In this document: piece by piece, positions 24,661-38,271 of the stretch
How the letters are laid out: the number at the start of each line of letters is the position of its first letter
Numbering within the stretch: position 1 is the stretch's first letter
Assembly (NCBI GenBank): GCA_951406725.2
Contig: OX597815.1
Span: forward strand, 103,168,001-103,232,000
Reading direction: 5' to 3'
DNA from: Octopus vulgaris
Lineage: Eukaryota
Length of the DNA stretch: 64,000 nt
Notes under the pieces: model-generated
What the model saw: only the letters and a program-made list of their open reading frames with translations
Database searches by the model: none
What the model was told of the DNA's origin: nothing
Translations under genes and position numbers: made by a program

Positions 24661-26160
24661 TATATATATATATATGCAGAATTTGGGTTAGTTGAAATAT
24701 GTTTGTGACGTATTTCAACGGCTAAAAAGTAGATACACTGCAGACACCGTGAAGAAAAATCTCTCTTGTGGTAAATAGGTGTGAAAATACCCAGTTCGTT
24801 CAGTGTCGCCATCTGTCAGGCATCTCAGACATCGATGATTCGAGTTCTTTTACTCTTGTCAATGAGATGTACCTAAGAGAGGCAACTCTGAACGAACTTA
24901 AAAAAGCTGTAGCTTTATATATAATTCATTCAACACGCTAACGGATTTGCGCTAGTACATCATCTGATCAAGGTAAATAACATGAGATAATTATTATCTG
25001 ACCCTCTCATATTGTTATTTATGTGAAGGTTAAATTTATTCAACAAGCAGAAAATATTACTAATTTGGATAATGTATGATCAAAGATTAAAATTTAATGT
25101 GATTAGCGATGTTGAAAATTATATGTATGCTACGATAATATTTGACACATTTCAGAAGATGAATCAAGAATATGGCACTAATAATATAACGTGGTATTCG
25201 ATTGTTAAATGCATGCTGTACATTTCTTGACAGGTCTTTATTGAAACGTCTGTTTTCTTTTAAATACATAATTCTAAATTACTAGTGACTATTATATCTT
25301 GCAAAATCGAAAAAGAAAGTAAATGAATGAGCGAACTACAAAACAATATGCAATGCAATGCAATATACATAAAATTTCTTATCACTCAAGTTATAAACTG
25401 TTCCGAGATACAAATTTAGAACTTTCTTTAACACTTATTACTTTACGTTTAAATAAAATGATCAGTTCTGACTACAGGTATTCGTAGAGATATATTTAGG
25501 AAATTCACTTCTTTCTTGCTTCCTGTTTGAACACACAATGTGCTCCTTAGTGCAATTATTTTCTAACGTAGTCTTGGGTCAACCTATGAATTTTATAGAC
25601 ATTAGGAAGACAGATACTATCCGGGAACCATTCAAAATTGTCTTAATTTGTACCATCTTCAGGCTTAACAATATTATCTGGCTCTTAGTTTTCATGTAGA
25701 ATACTCTATTTTGTTTGCAGCGGTTGAGTAAGTTCCTACTATTCTTTCAGAAATATCGAAGTTTCTGAAAGAGGTCTTACGCATTACTTTATCTCACCTA
25801 CTTCAGTCTGCGAAAAAGAACTTCGACAGATGCAACAATTCTGCCAGAATGTTTTTCAGTATTTTATATTAATGATTTCCTTCAAATATGGTACTAAATT
25901 CTAATAGTCTTAAACGAGAAAAAATGTTCCTGGCTAGCAATTTTCAAACATTTTACAAATAGGCGCCAATTTATACCGGGGAGTTGTATCTTTTATATAA
26001 AAGTGTGTTCTTGAGAACTAGTATTATACACATCTATAATAATTCACTAATGAAAAAGCTTGGTATGATGCTTGTAAAGCAACTAATCAGACTAAAAGAA
26101 AAGTCAAATACGTCAAGCTCTAAAGCACTAATAACTAACCTTTGGTAAAATAAAACTTAC

Positions 26161-26244
26161 TCTCGTAGGTTTTTTCGCGAGTGGACACGGGTATCCATAT
26201 GTCCCACACACCTCCGATCCAGTAGAACAACGAGGATATGACAG
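26161..26244 (-). other. Candidate host exon (84 nt)
   Basis: ccaccttcctttcag acceptor, GTAAGT donor, open in all three frames; no recognised homology. Confidence 0.3.
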
Positions 26245-27621
26245 CTGAAAGGAAGGTGGTCTTACTAGTATTAACAGGGACGCATTAGTGCCTGGATCGA
26301 AGAGCTTCGAATAACTTAATGTGTAAATATTACTGAAAATTATTTTACAAAAGTTGCCAGATCTACCTAAACTGTGATGTGAGCATAACACTGTTAAAGA
26401 TAATTCATTGAAGTGTAATATCTTGGAGGACTTTACCAATGTTAGCTATGTTACATAACAGCTAAATAATATTGAGTTAAAGAAGATATTATCTCACCTC
26501 GGGTATTTATCTACATTTGTCCGTTTAGGGCAGTCCAGCTGATGAAGTTGTGTGCTGCACTCATCATAGCGACAAATAGAATATCACTGTCGTGGTATTA
26601 AGACGTGTATATTCGATGTGAAACAATGTTTGGTAAAATTAATAGCGTATATCCAGCTATTTGTTAATATGATATTTCTGATGCTTTGGATTCTGTGTTT
26701 CGTAATCTATTCTTTGATATTTAATTGACAAATTATAGCTCATACTGATGACGAGGTAAAATAACAGTTCATAAAAAACATATTGTGTACTGCTAAACTT
26801 TATAAACTCCAATTGCAGATTTATTTATTCAGTTCACCGCAATTGAGATTAATTATTAGTCTTGAGCGATGGTAGTATAAAAAGTTTAACTGTAAAAGCA
26901 ATAACTGTAAAAACAATTTATATTGCTGCACGTGTGGAAGCACATACAGAATTTAAACCAAAACCAAACTGCTTTCAATAAATGCAAATTTATTAGTGCT
27001 AGATATAATTACAATAACGAATCTCCTTCAGAAACCGATTTCAATAGATTTCATAAATTGATGACGCTTGTTAACACTTTACAGGCGAAAGCTTTACATA
27101 TAGCCATAAAAATTATTATTCGTTTCCTGGAAGCGAACTGAGTACCTCAAATAAATCACAAGAGTTTTATGTAAAGCTTAACGTTATACAAATGATTACA
27201 AAAATGAAATTAACTGTTATTGATGTATATTTTGGGAATATTTATAACGCTATTTTATAGTGCTACTATTGTGTCCGAATCAGCGATTGAGATCGCACTT
27301 TACTCTTAAAAAATACGACAAACATGAAAGAGAAAGAACTAAAAGAAACCTTTACAGATATTCTAGAAAAAATAACTTACCATTTATACATTTCGATAAG
27401 AAATAGGAAAATAAAAAACTAATCCGGAATTAAGATAACAGAATAAATCCTGAAATCAGTGAAATAGCTACAAGAAATATACTATCATTGTTCGGTGTAA
27501 TTATAAGCAGTTCGGATATGGCAGTTCCCCAAGAATCCTTCAGAGGTACAAACAAAAATACGATATAATATGTAACGTATTACTTTGCACGTCGGCTTTT
27601 AAAGGGGTGTGTTTATGTATA

Positions 27622-27691
<70 letters not shown>

Positions 27692-27697
<6 letters not shown>

Positions 27698-28345
27698 GAG
27701 ATAAAACTACTATTAGGCAAATCAAACAGTGAAAAACATAAACCAATACATAGAAATAAAATTAATTAATATAATATACAAAATATATAAAATATAAAAT
27801 TCAAAATTTGAATTATTTAAATTTGAAGTTAAAATTAAAAAATTTATTTAAATTATTAATTTATTATAAATTTATATATATATATATACATATATATATA
27901 ATTTTATTTTATTTTATTTTTATTTTTTTTAATAAATATAACTATCAAAAAGTATTAAAAAATGTAATATAAGATAACCCCTTATCTTATCTTATATTAA
28001 ACTTTTTAATACTTTTTGATAGTTATATTTATAAAAAATGAAATAAAATTATATATATATATATATATATATTTAAATTTATAAGTATAAATTAATAATT
28101 TAGATATTTTTAAAATTTTAACTTTAAATTTAAATAATTTAAATTTTGAATTTTATATTTTATATATTTTGTATATTATATTAATTAATTTTATTTCTAT
28201 GTATTGGTTTATGTTTTTCACTGCTTGATTTGCCTAATAGTGGTTTTATCTCTAATTTAATATATATATTTAATATATAATCCTAAATCTATTTTTTCCC
28301 TGTAAGTTTGGATTTACACCCTAATATTATTATGATTATAAATAT
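27692..28345. repeat. ~570-bp imperfect palindrome (27692-28258) built from PLE tail sequence
   Basis: Arms attagagataaaactactattaggcaaatcaa.. / ..ttgatttgcctaatagtggttttatctctaat; centre near 27980; homologous to 8148-8210 and 45103-45143. Confidence 0.85.
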
Positions 28346-28559
28346 ATATATATAAATGTAGCTATGCACCAACCGACGAGATAGTCTGCACCAGGATACT
28401 CCTGATCCAGTTTTTGTATGTCCCACAAGAGAAGTCTATGCTTGATGTGTCGAAACAATTGTTGTGATTAATAATATATATTCTCGTATATTCCATCTTC
28501 TGTCTTTCATTTGTTATATATATATATATATATATAATTATTTTAAATATTTATATATA

Positions 28560-29960
28560 TTAAAGGAAAAGGAAAAGAAAAACAAGGTAGGACAAAGCAT
28601 CAGGATGAATCAAAGAAAGGAGAAGTAGAAATAATTAATGTCTTATAACTGTTTCTGTGATATGCCAGCTAATGGGTTAACACCCCTATGCACTGGATAT
28701 TCCGTCATCGAAGTTAAGATGTGTATGCAGGAAAGTCCCAGATAGAGAATTCACAATCTATTGAGGGATAAATCAGCAGAGAGAAGAATAAAGATAGAAG
28801 GATAAAATATAGTTTATGTTGTTCCGGAGGGTGTGGAAGTTACTGCGTATGTCTCTGGATGGTATAGCCCCTTACGTATAAACCCAGGTAAATCCAGACA
28901 GTAATTTGAATGATGCATTCAGATTGAAGGAATAGATCAAGTAGTTAGTGTACAAGAAAAATGATCCGCATGGGTACATCATGTGAGAGAGGTAGACCAA
29001 GGCGTCATGATAGACAAATAGATTAGAGAGAGGGAGTGAGCGAGTGAAGAGAAGAGAAAAAGAAAGGGGGAATAGTAGAAATGAAAATAAGAAATGTAAG
29101 GAGGCTAAAGAGGATAAGTAACGGAAATAATAAAATATATGAGAGCGAAAGTAAAATAAAAATACACATAAAATGTAAAAGGCCGGTATTATTCTTCGTC
29201 AGGATAGGTTCGGGGTGAAAGATCAGAGGGTAAGGCTTTGATAAAACAGAGGAGGAAGGCAGACAACATTTATGGTTATTAAAGGGTTATCAAGCAGAGA
29301 GATGAATTCTTGGTTCAGCGTGGTCAGAAAATATAATTAACTTTAGTTATGTGGTGGGCAAATAGAGCTAAAATGCTAGAAATGAATGCCTACCTTTTAG
29401 GAGAAGGAATATATTTGAAATAGAAAGTTAAAATTTTAGATTAAAAAATAACAATTAAAAAAATTGGTGCAGATTGCCTACTTCGAAGAAATATATGTTG
29501 AGGTGAAAGGTAACAATAATTGAATGAACTACGTACGTATATTGTTACGACTGTGAATGTAGAGAGGCAGGTGTCATGTGTGTTGATTTTACTTGCATTT
29601 GGACTTGTGGAAGAACCTAAAGGTACGGTAGAACGTATGTTTCATGCTGTCTATTGAGTAATTATGGTGAATCAGGAATTAATATTTGGAGGCTTCCTTA
29701 AGGCAGAGTCCATATGCAAAGCGCTGACTTTGGTATGGGATACCAGAATCAATTAGAGCCCAGTTTATTCTATATGGTATTTTCTTATTTATCAGGTGGT
29801 GCATGTGGTTGACTACGGAAGTGAATTTGTTATGCTCCTTATACCAAATGAATTCATAGTTGCGGAATATCTCTGCTTAAAATTAATTGTAGACCTCATG
29901 TAATATAGCAGAATTGTACAGGGTTTTGTGGACAGTGCACTTTTACACACCGTTAAATCT
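28560..29960 (-). mobile_element. Degenerate Penelope-like 3' remnant (GIY-YIG and pLTR)
   Basis: YYMRSTINFKQRY, PYRINWALIDSGIPY..GLCLKE; decayed hammerhead-like motif at 28643-28718. Confidence 0.55.
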
Positions 29961-30040
29961 TCTGCAGTGGTCTTGCAGCTGGAATTCGGTCCCAGATCGG
30001 CAGTTGCGGCTGGATCTACCTGCCCTAGGTTAGATGTTAG

Positions 30041-30095
30041 TAGCTACTGATGAGTCTACAGAATTAGCCGAAACACGCCTATCAGTGTAGGGAAT
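30041..30095 (+). ncRNA. Hammerhead-like motif
   Basis: CTGATGA, gtcta/tagcc stem II, GAAA, acac/gtgt stem III, GUA; stem I does not pair. Confidence 0.45.
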
Positions 30096-30203
30096 TCTCG
30101 ACCGATTACAGTCCTCGTCTGTATATATGTATACAATTATGTGCTTTACCTGCCTCATTAAAGCGTTTTAGCTCTTATTTCTAGTAATGTCATATTTAGT
30201 ATA

Positions 30204-30275
<72 letters not shown>

Positions 30276-30292
30276 TGGTGTGTGTGGTGTAG

Positions 30293-30370
<78 letters not shown>

Positions 30371-30454
30371 GTGTGTGTGTGTGTGTGTAGATATATATAC
30401 ATGGTGTGTGTGTGTGTAGTATATATACATGAATATATACATATAAACTTAGAT

Positions 30455-31290
30455 ATGTTTCGACCAAACATTGGTTCAGTGGGTTCAAGTCTTGACTGGA
30501 AGACAGGCAGATATTCGCACGTCAAAAGTCAGCAAAGTTGTCTTCGCAGAATTTCTGCACTTTCTTGTGGTATGAGCAGAAGCACCATCTCGGGTCCACA
30601 CATAATCTTGGGTCCACATATAATAAAGTTCAGCCCCCACTTTTCCCCAGACTTGAAAAAAAGGGAGCGGCATCGTCTTTCCGTTAGACACCACGACTCC
30701 GAGTACCATTTGAGCTGGGTGCTTGATCCTACAGACGCCATTTACTGCATAAGGTGACTTAGCACTGTATCATCTGAAAAGATCTTGACGGTTTGTCCAT
30801 TTTGCTTCAAGTATCATAACACTTTTTTGGCCCTCTCATACCTTCTGGCTTTCATTGCATAGAGCAATAGGTGTCTCCGTGACCTCACATATGACCCCCG
30901 ACTGTAAATCAGTGTGTACAGCATTTCTGATGGACTTTGGATCAACCTTCATATCCATGGACAGTTTTCTCATGGATATTGTTGGGTCTTTCGAAATTTT
31001 GGATCTGAGGGATTTAAGAAATGCAGTAACTTGTTTTTATTTATGCTTCCACTTTCTTACTTTCTCTTGATGCCTCCCATATCCAGCATTCGGTCCTTAA
31101 CGTTGTAGACAGTGCTCTCAGAGCTCCTGACAGTCTCAGCAATACGTCTAATTGCAACTCCGGCCTGAAGCAAATCTGCAATGTGTTGGCTCTTGGCTTC
31201 TTAAGTGGACATGCTAGATAGTGTGACAGACAAATCCAATTTGTATGTCTTGCGCATAGCTTTGAACTGCATCCTGTTGTTCCAGGTTTT
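30455..31290 (-). mobile_element. Tc1/mariner relic, maT/DD37D-like
   Basis: MVLGVVVSNGKTMPLPFF, YVWTRDGASAHTTRK; frameshifted; TIRs not resolved. Confidence 0.7.
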
Positions 31291-32452
31291 TGAGGAGTGT
31301 ACAACTACCTTTTAACCACTATTGTTCCCAGCTCCGCTCTGACCCGGAGTAGTAGTACCTGTTAAAGTCTCAGCTGTGGGTTAATTATCATGTGGAGCAT
31401 GGGAAATTAAGGTCCCCTGGTTCTTGTTCGAACTTCCTAGTAGGAGAACGTAAACTCATATAAATGAAACCTGTAATGCGGTTTGGTTTCTGCTCATCTC
31501 AACTTCTGTTGCGTCACTAGTTTTATAGCTGATTGCGCTGAAAATGGGTTTAATGCTATGAAACAATTTATCCACTCACATCTAATTCATACACAGGAGA
31601 CCCTTGGGTTGTCGGAGAGTCTGCGCGGATTTACTGTGTATATAAAGTAGACTTACGCAGTCGAGTTTGACTTCCACCATGTATGTATGTATGCATGTAT
31701 TATGTATGTATCTATGTATGTATCTATGTATGTATCTATGTTTGTATCTATGTATGTGTGTATGTATGTATGTATGTATGTATGTGTTGAATAAGAATAT
31801 ATAAACTATTAGGGTTTTCTTAACATTCACAATCGTAAATTTCATATCTTCATATATTCTTCACACGCACACATATGACAGCGCCATTAGAGCGTCGGAA
31901 GAAATATTTTACGTATCACGTGTGACACTTTTCACTCTGTGTTGAAATCCCTTCAAGATTTACTATAGCTTTGATCTTTCTAGAGTGGACAAATAATATG
32001 CAGAGTAACGAACTGCACAAAACGTTCGCGCGTTAGATGGGATGTCTTACGTAGTTTCTTCTGGCACTTTACATTCTTTGCTTAAATCGTGCATTGACAC
32101 AGACGGGTGGTAGATATAATCTATCGCCCAATATAGCATCACGATAACCTCAGACTCCTCCACTGTTTGCCTGCAAACATCCGAGCAAAGTTTCCGGTTC
32201 GATGGTTCCTTTCTTCCTCATTTGCATCTGCCTTCGAGTTTCTAAGAGATGAAAAAATAAAATAAAAATCATATTAAACCTTACGCGCAAAGCAAATTAG
32301 ATATTGTTCTATTCTCTTACGCTCGTTTCAAATATATTTAAAATAATTTTTATTGTGAGTTTTATTAAATAAGCGCATATATTATCAGTAATACCTATTA
32401 TCTTGGAACATTGTTTCTAAAATACATTTAGATGAAATCAAACAGGCACTCA

Positions 32453-33964
<1,512 letters not shown>

Positions 33965-33992
33965 CACACACACACACACACACAAATATATA

Positions 33993-34028
<36 letters not shown>

Positions 34029-34599
34029 TGTGTGTGTGTGTATACATCGATGTAAAACAACAGACATACTAAAGGAAGGCCAGAATTTAAGAGAAGAGAA
34101 TACCAAAAGGTCTCATGTTTTTCATTTAAAAATTCGCTGAGTAGAACTATCTCCATTTCTTTCTTTTTCTTCTTTCTTTCTTTATTCCATTCTTCCTGTT
34201 TTTCTCTTTCTTTCTCTCTTCCTTTTTTGTGTATCTTCTTTTGTTCTCATTATACTATATTTGTCTTTTCTGTTTCTCTTTCAGTCTCATTCACTCTTGC
34301 TTCTTAAGCCCTATTTCCTACATCAATTACTCTCTATTTCCCTGGGAAATATCAAAATTGCCTCGCAATTTATCTAACACTTGATCTTAGTTCTCTATAA
34401 ATGATGACCAGCTCAGGTTAAGCATCCAAATGCATTTGCAACATCTAATGCAAAGTTCAAAGCATCCATAATGAAGAAACGTACATACGAACTAATTATA
34501 TAGATTTGTGTTTACTGCTATTTTTCGCTACATTTGCTCTGTATTTAATAAAGACTAATAGTACGAAGTATCGTAATTGTTTAACCACCGTAATGGAAG

Positions 34600-36560
34600 A
34601 AGTGTGGACTATGATGACGTAAGACCTCGACCTCCTTCTCACACATTCTGCAGACCACACAAGTGTAGAGATCCGTTGCAATTGTGTGGTATACATTCTT
34701 TTTCACTAAGTTGGTATTCAATGCCCGGTCCTGGGCAGCGATGATTAGGCTTTCAGTATTCTTTTTTTAGGCCACCCTTGTTGAGTCACTTCCATGATGC
34801 TTCCTGGTCTTTTAATGTGTTGGTTTCACAGTGGAACTGACCATGTAACTCCATACGGAGTCGGTTGTTCCCGATCGGAATTCATGAGCACTCTCAACCC
34901 CATTTTTGTTAACTCTTTCTTCACTAGCAGCATACAGTAGCAGGTCTTGCTTGCTGTTTACCAAATATTCTGCCACGCTTTTTCTTTCACTGATGATGCA
35001 CTCCCGTACGCTAATCAGCCCACGTCCAACTTTACCACTCATTATGTGGAGCCTGTGTACATTTTCCTTACGTTGGAGGGCACCATGCATTGTCATTGTT
35101 TTTCGGGTAGTGCGATCGTGTTACTCTATCTCCGCTGGTGTCCATTTCAGAATGGGGAACTATAGCCGACGACAGCAACAGCTCATATGTTGATGGCAGT
35201 CACAAGGTTCCTTAAGTTGTGCTTTGATTTCAGGAGAAGTCCGAGGTTCTTCACATATGCAGTGATGACCTTGTCTTTCATTTCTTTGTGGAAGATATTG
35301 TCAAGCTCCAGGATCGCAAAGTACTTGTACCCATCATCATCCAGGTCTTCTACTCTCTCTTCGATTGGTAATTCTATGCCCCTACAATTTACTCTTTCCT
35401 CCCGATTGAAAGTAAGCACCGAACACTTCGAGATACTGGAATCCATCCCAATATCCTTGCTGATCATTTGCACAGCCTCAACCAGCCTCTCCATTTCAAG
35501 CTCTGTTTTTGCGAACAGATTTAGATCATCCATGAAGAGAAGGTCGGTCAGCCGACGCCCATTCTTTCGCAGCTCATAGTACACGTTGATTTTGTGTAGG
35601 ATTACAGAAAGTGGGATCAAGGCTTTAACAAATAACAGCGGTGAACAAGATTCTCCTTAGAAGCTACCTCTTTTAATTGTTACCTCGTCTAAGTGCTGGT
35701 TGTTACAGGAAAGACGTGTTTTCCAACTAGGCATGCATTTCTTAATTAGTGCACACCACATTCTCAGCTGTTCCACACATGTCGAGTGTTTCCAAATTCC
35801 ACGAATGAGGCAACATGACGTAAAACTTTTTGAAGTCTCTCCAGGCCATGCATAAGTTAATTATAACATTGTCTATCACAAGGTGGTCCTTGGTACCCAT
35901 GGATCCTTTTCGGCACCCCTTTTGTTCTACTGGCAGTAGATTGTTTTTCCACAAGGAACATATATATTTTCCCTGCGAGGGTACTTGTTAATATTTTCCA
36001 TAGGAGGTTATCACAAGCAATGGGTCGGTAATTACCAACTTCATTGCCCTTCCACCGATCATTCCTTAACAATGTTGCTCTTCCCTCTACCATCCATTCC
36101 GGAACTGCACTGCCCTGAAGGCTATTGTCTAATTGCAACGCAATTCTCTTGTGTATTGACTTAAACCACTTGAGCCAGTCGCCTTGAATTCCGTCTGGTC
36201 CAGCCACTTTCCAGTTTAGCAGTTTTGATATTTGTGCAATGGGATCTTCTGTTGTTATGCGTAAATGGTTTTGTCGAGGAGCCTCCGGGTGATGGGGTTC
36301 GGATCTAACGGAATGAATCCACTCAGCACGGTTGTTGTGCGAAACTTCTTGCCCCCCGATGTTATTTCAAAAGTGGCGGATTTCTTCTGCTTCAGGAGGT
36401 TTATTATCTTCTGAATTGCCTCCCAAGGTCTAAAAAAACTGCCTCTGGTTATTTGAGAATAACAGGTTTCTCCAGAACTGGGATATGTGATCAGTGTAAT
36501 GCTACACCTTTAGTGTTTTATCTCGCACGCTGTTTTAGGGTTTCGATGGCAGTTTTGAAC
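34600..36560 (-). mobile_element. R4/Dong-type LINE, degenerate RT region
   Basis: AGPDGIQGDWLK, NYRPIAC, EQKGCRKGSMGTKDHL, LFMDDLNLF, GRGLISV, CRMC; many stops. Confidence 0.88.
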
Positions 36561-36587
36561 CCTATTATTATTTCGTCCGTCTTTACA

Positions 36588-36733
36588 TTCTGAGTTTAAA
36601 TTCCGTACAGGTCGACGTTGTTTTTTATCCTTTCGGGGCAGATGAAATAAGCACAAGTTACTGACTGAGGGTCGATGTAATCGACTAGCCTCCTCTCCCA
36701 AAATTTACGGCCTTGTGCCTATAATAGAAAGGA
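36588..36733 (+). mobile_element. SINE family B, 5'-truncated
   Basis: Homologous to 36791-36990; tail ggccttgtgcctataatagaaagg(att)n. Confidence 0.8.
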
Positions 36734-36746
36734 TTATTATTATTAT

Positions 36747-36777
<31 letters not shown>

Positions 36778-36790
36778 ATTATTATTATTC

Positions 36791-36990
36791 AGGCGGTGAG
36801 TTGGCACCATTGTTAGCACGCTGGGCAAAATGCTTAGCGGTATTTCGTCTGTCTTTATGTTCTGAATTCAAATTCCGCCGAGGTCGAAATTCCTTTCATC
36901 CTTTCAGAGTCAATAAAAGAAGTATCAGTGAAACACTACGGTAGATGCATTCGACTAATCCCCTCCTATATTGTGCCTCTAGTAGAAAGG
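36791..36990 (+). mobile_element. tRNA-derived SINE family B
   Basis: ggcggtgagttggc head, Box B-like ttcaaattcc, (ATT)n tail. Confidence 0.85.
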
Positions 36991-37004
36991 ATTATTATTA
37001 TTAT

Positions 37005-37634
37005 TCAGTAGTTTTATTTTTATTTTTATAGCGTGCTTTCACTTCACTACCGAGCACAGCTCTGTGTGCCTTGGGTTTGTGCTGTGATTTGTTGTGATGC
37101 TCTGATGGTTATTGTATGGAAAGTGTTCTGCGTAGGATGTGTGCAGTGCCCAGTAGTGCAATTTTCTGTATGTTATATGTGTTTGTAAGTCCTGGTGTTT
37201 TTGTTATGTATTTGTCTGAATATTTTTTTATCATGCCTAATGCACCTACTATGATAGGAATTGTTTCTGTTTTCAGATTCCACATTCTAGTTACCTCTAT
37301 TTCCAGGTCTTTGTATTTTGAGAGTTTCTCCATTTCTTTTAGAGACACGTTGTCATCTGCCGGTACTGATACATCAATTAGAAAGCATTTTTTTCTTCAT
37401 GGTCTCTGACAACTATATCTGGTCTGTTGGCCTTAATTTCTCTATCTGTGTGTATCGGCATATCCCAGAGTATGGTTGCTTTCTCGTTTTCTGTGACCTT
37501 TTCTGGTGTGTGCCTATACCATCTTTTTTCTGTTGTTATTCCATAATGTTGGCATAGCTTCCAATGTATGTAAGTTCCAACTCTGTCATGTCTGTGAATA
37601 TATTCCTTCTTAGCCAGGACTGGGCAGCTAGAGA

Positions 37635-37635
<1 letters not shown>
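37005..37635 (-). mobile_element. R4/Dong family A 3' fragment
   Basis: CPVLAKKEYIHRHD..ILWDMPI..RPDIVVRD..KYKDLEIE..TAHILRRTLSIQ; between (TAA)n tracts. Confidence 0.92.
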
Positions 37636-37688
<53 letters not shown>

Positions 37689-37700
37689 CATCATTATTAC

Positions 37701-37791
<91 letters not shown>

Positions 37792-37824
37792 TATTATTAT
37801 TATCATTATTATCATTATTATCAT

Positions 37825-38192
37825 TCAGTAGTTTTACTTTTATAACGTGCTTTTACCTCACTACCGAGCGCAGCTCTGCGTGCCTTGGGTATGTACTGTG
37901 GTTTGCTTTGATGCTCTTATGGTTACTGTATTGCGTAGGATGTGTGCAGCGCCAAGTAGTGCAATTTTCTGTATGTTATATATATTTGTAAGTCCTGGCG
38001 GTTTTGTTATGTATTTGTCTGAATATTTTTTTATCATACCTAATGCGCCTACTATGATAGGAATTGTTTCTGTTTTTAGATTCCACATCCGAGTTAACTC
38101 TATTTCCAGGTCTTTGTATTTTGAAATTTTCTCCATTTCTTTTAGAGAAACGTTGTCATCTGCTGGTATTGATATATCAATTAGAAAGCATT
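37825..38192 (-). mobile_element. R4/Dong family A 3' fragment
   Basis: EKISKYKDLEIELTRMWNLKTETIPIIVGALG; same 3' UTR. Confidence 0.9.
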
Positions 38193-38198
38193 TATTAC

Positions 38199-38250
<52 letters not shown>

Positions 38251-38271
38251 GTTGTTGTTGTTATTATTATT

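Noticed and set aside
26534-26635. CTGATGA ... GAAAC hammerhead-like spacing
   Set aside because: Stems I and II do not pair convincingly
28368-28468. ccgacga..gaaacaattgtt hammerhead-like motif (similar weak motif at 46592-46636, minus)
   Set aside because: Core mutated and stem I unpaired; at most relics
36791-36890. tRNA-like A/B boxes as tRNA genes
   Set aside because: They are SINE heads; no cloverleaf, and they continue into the SINE body
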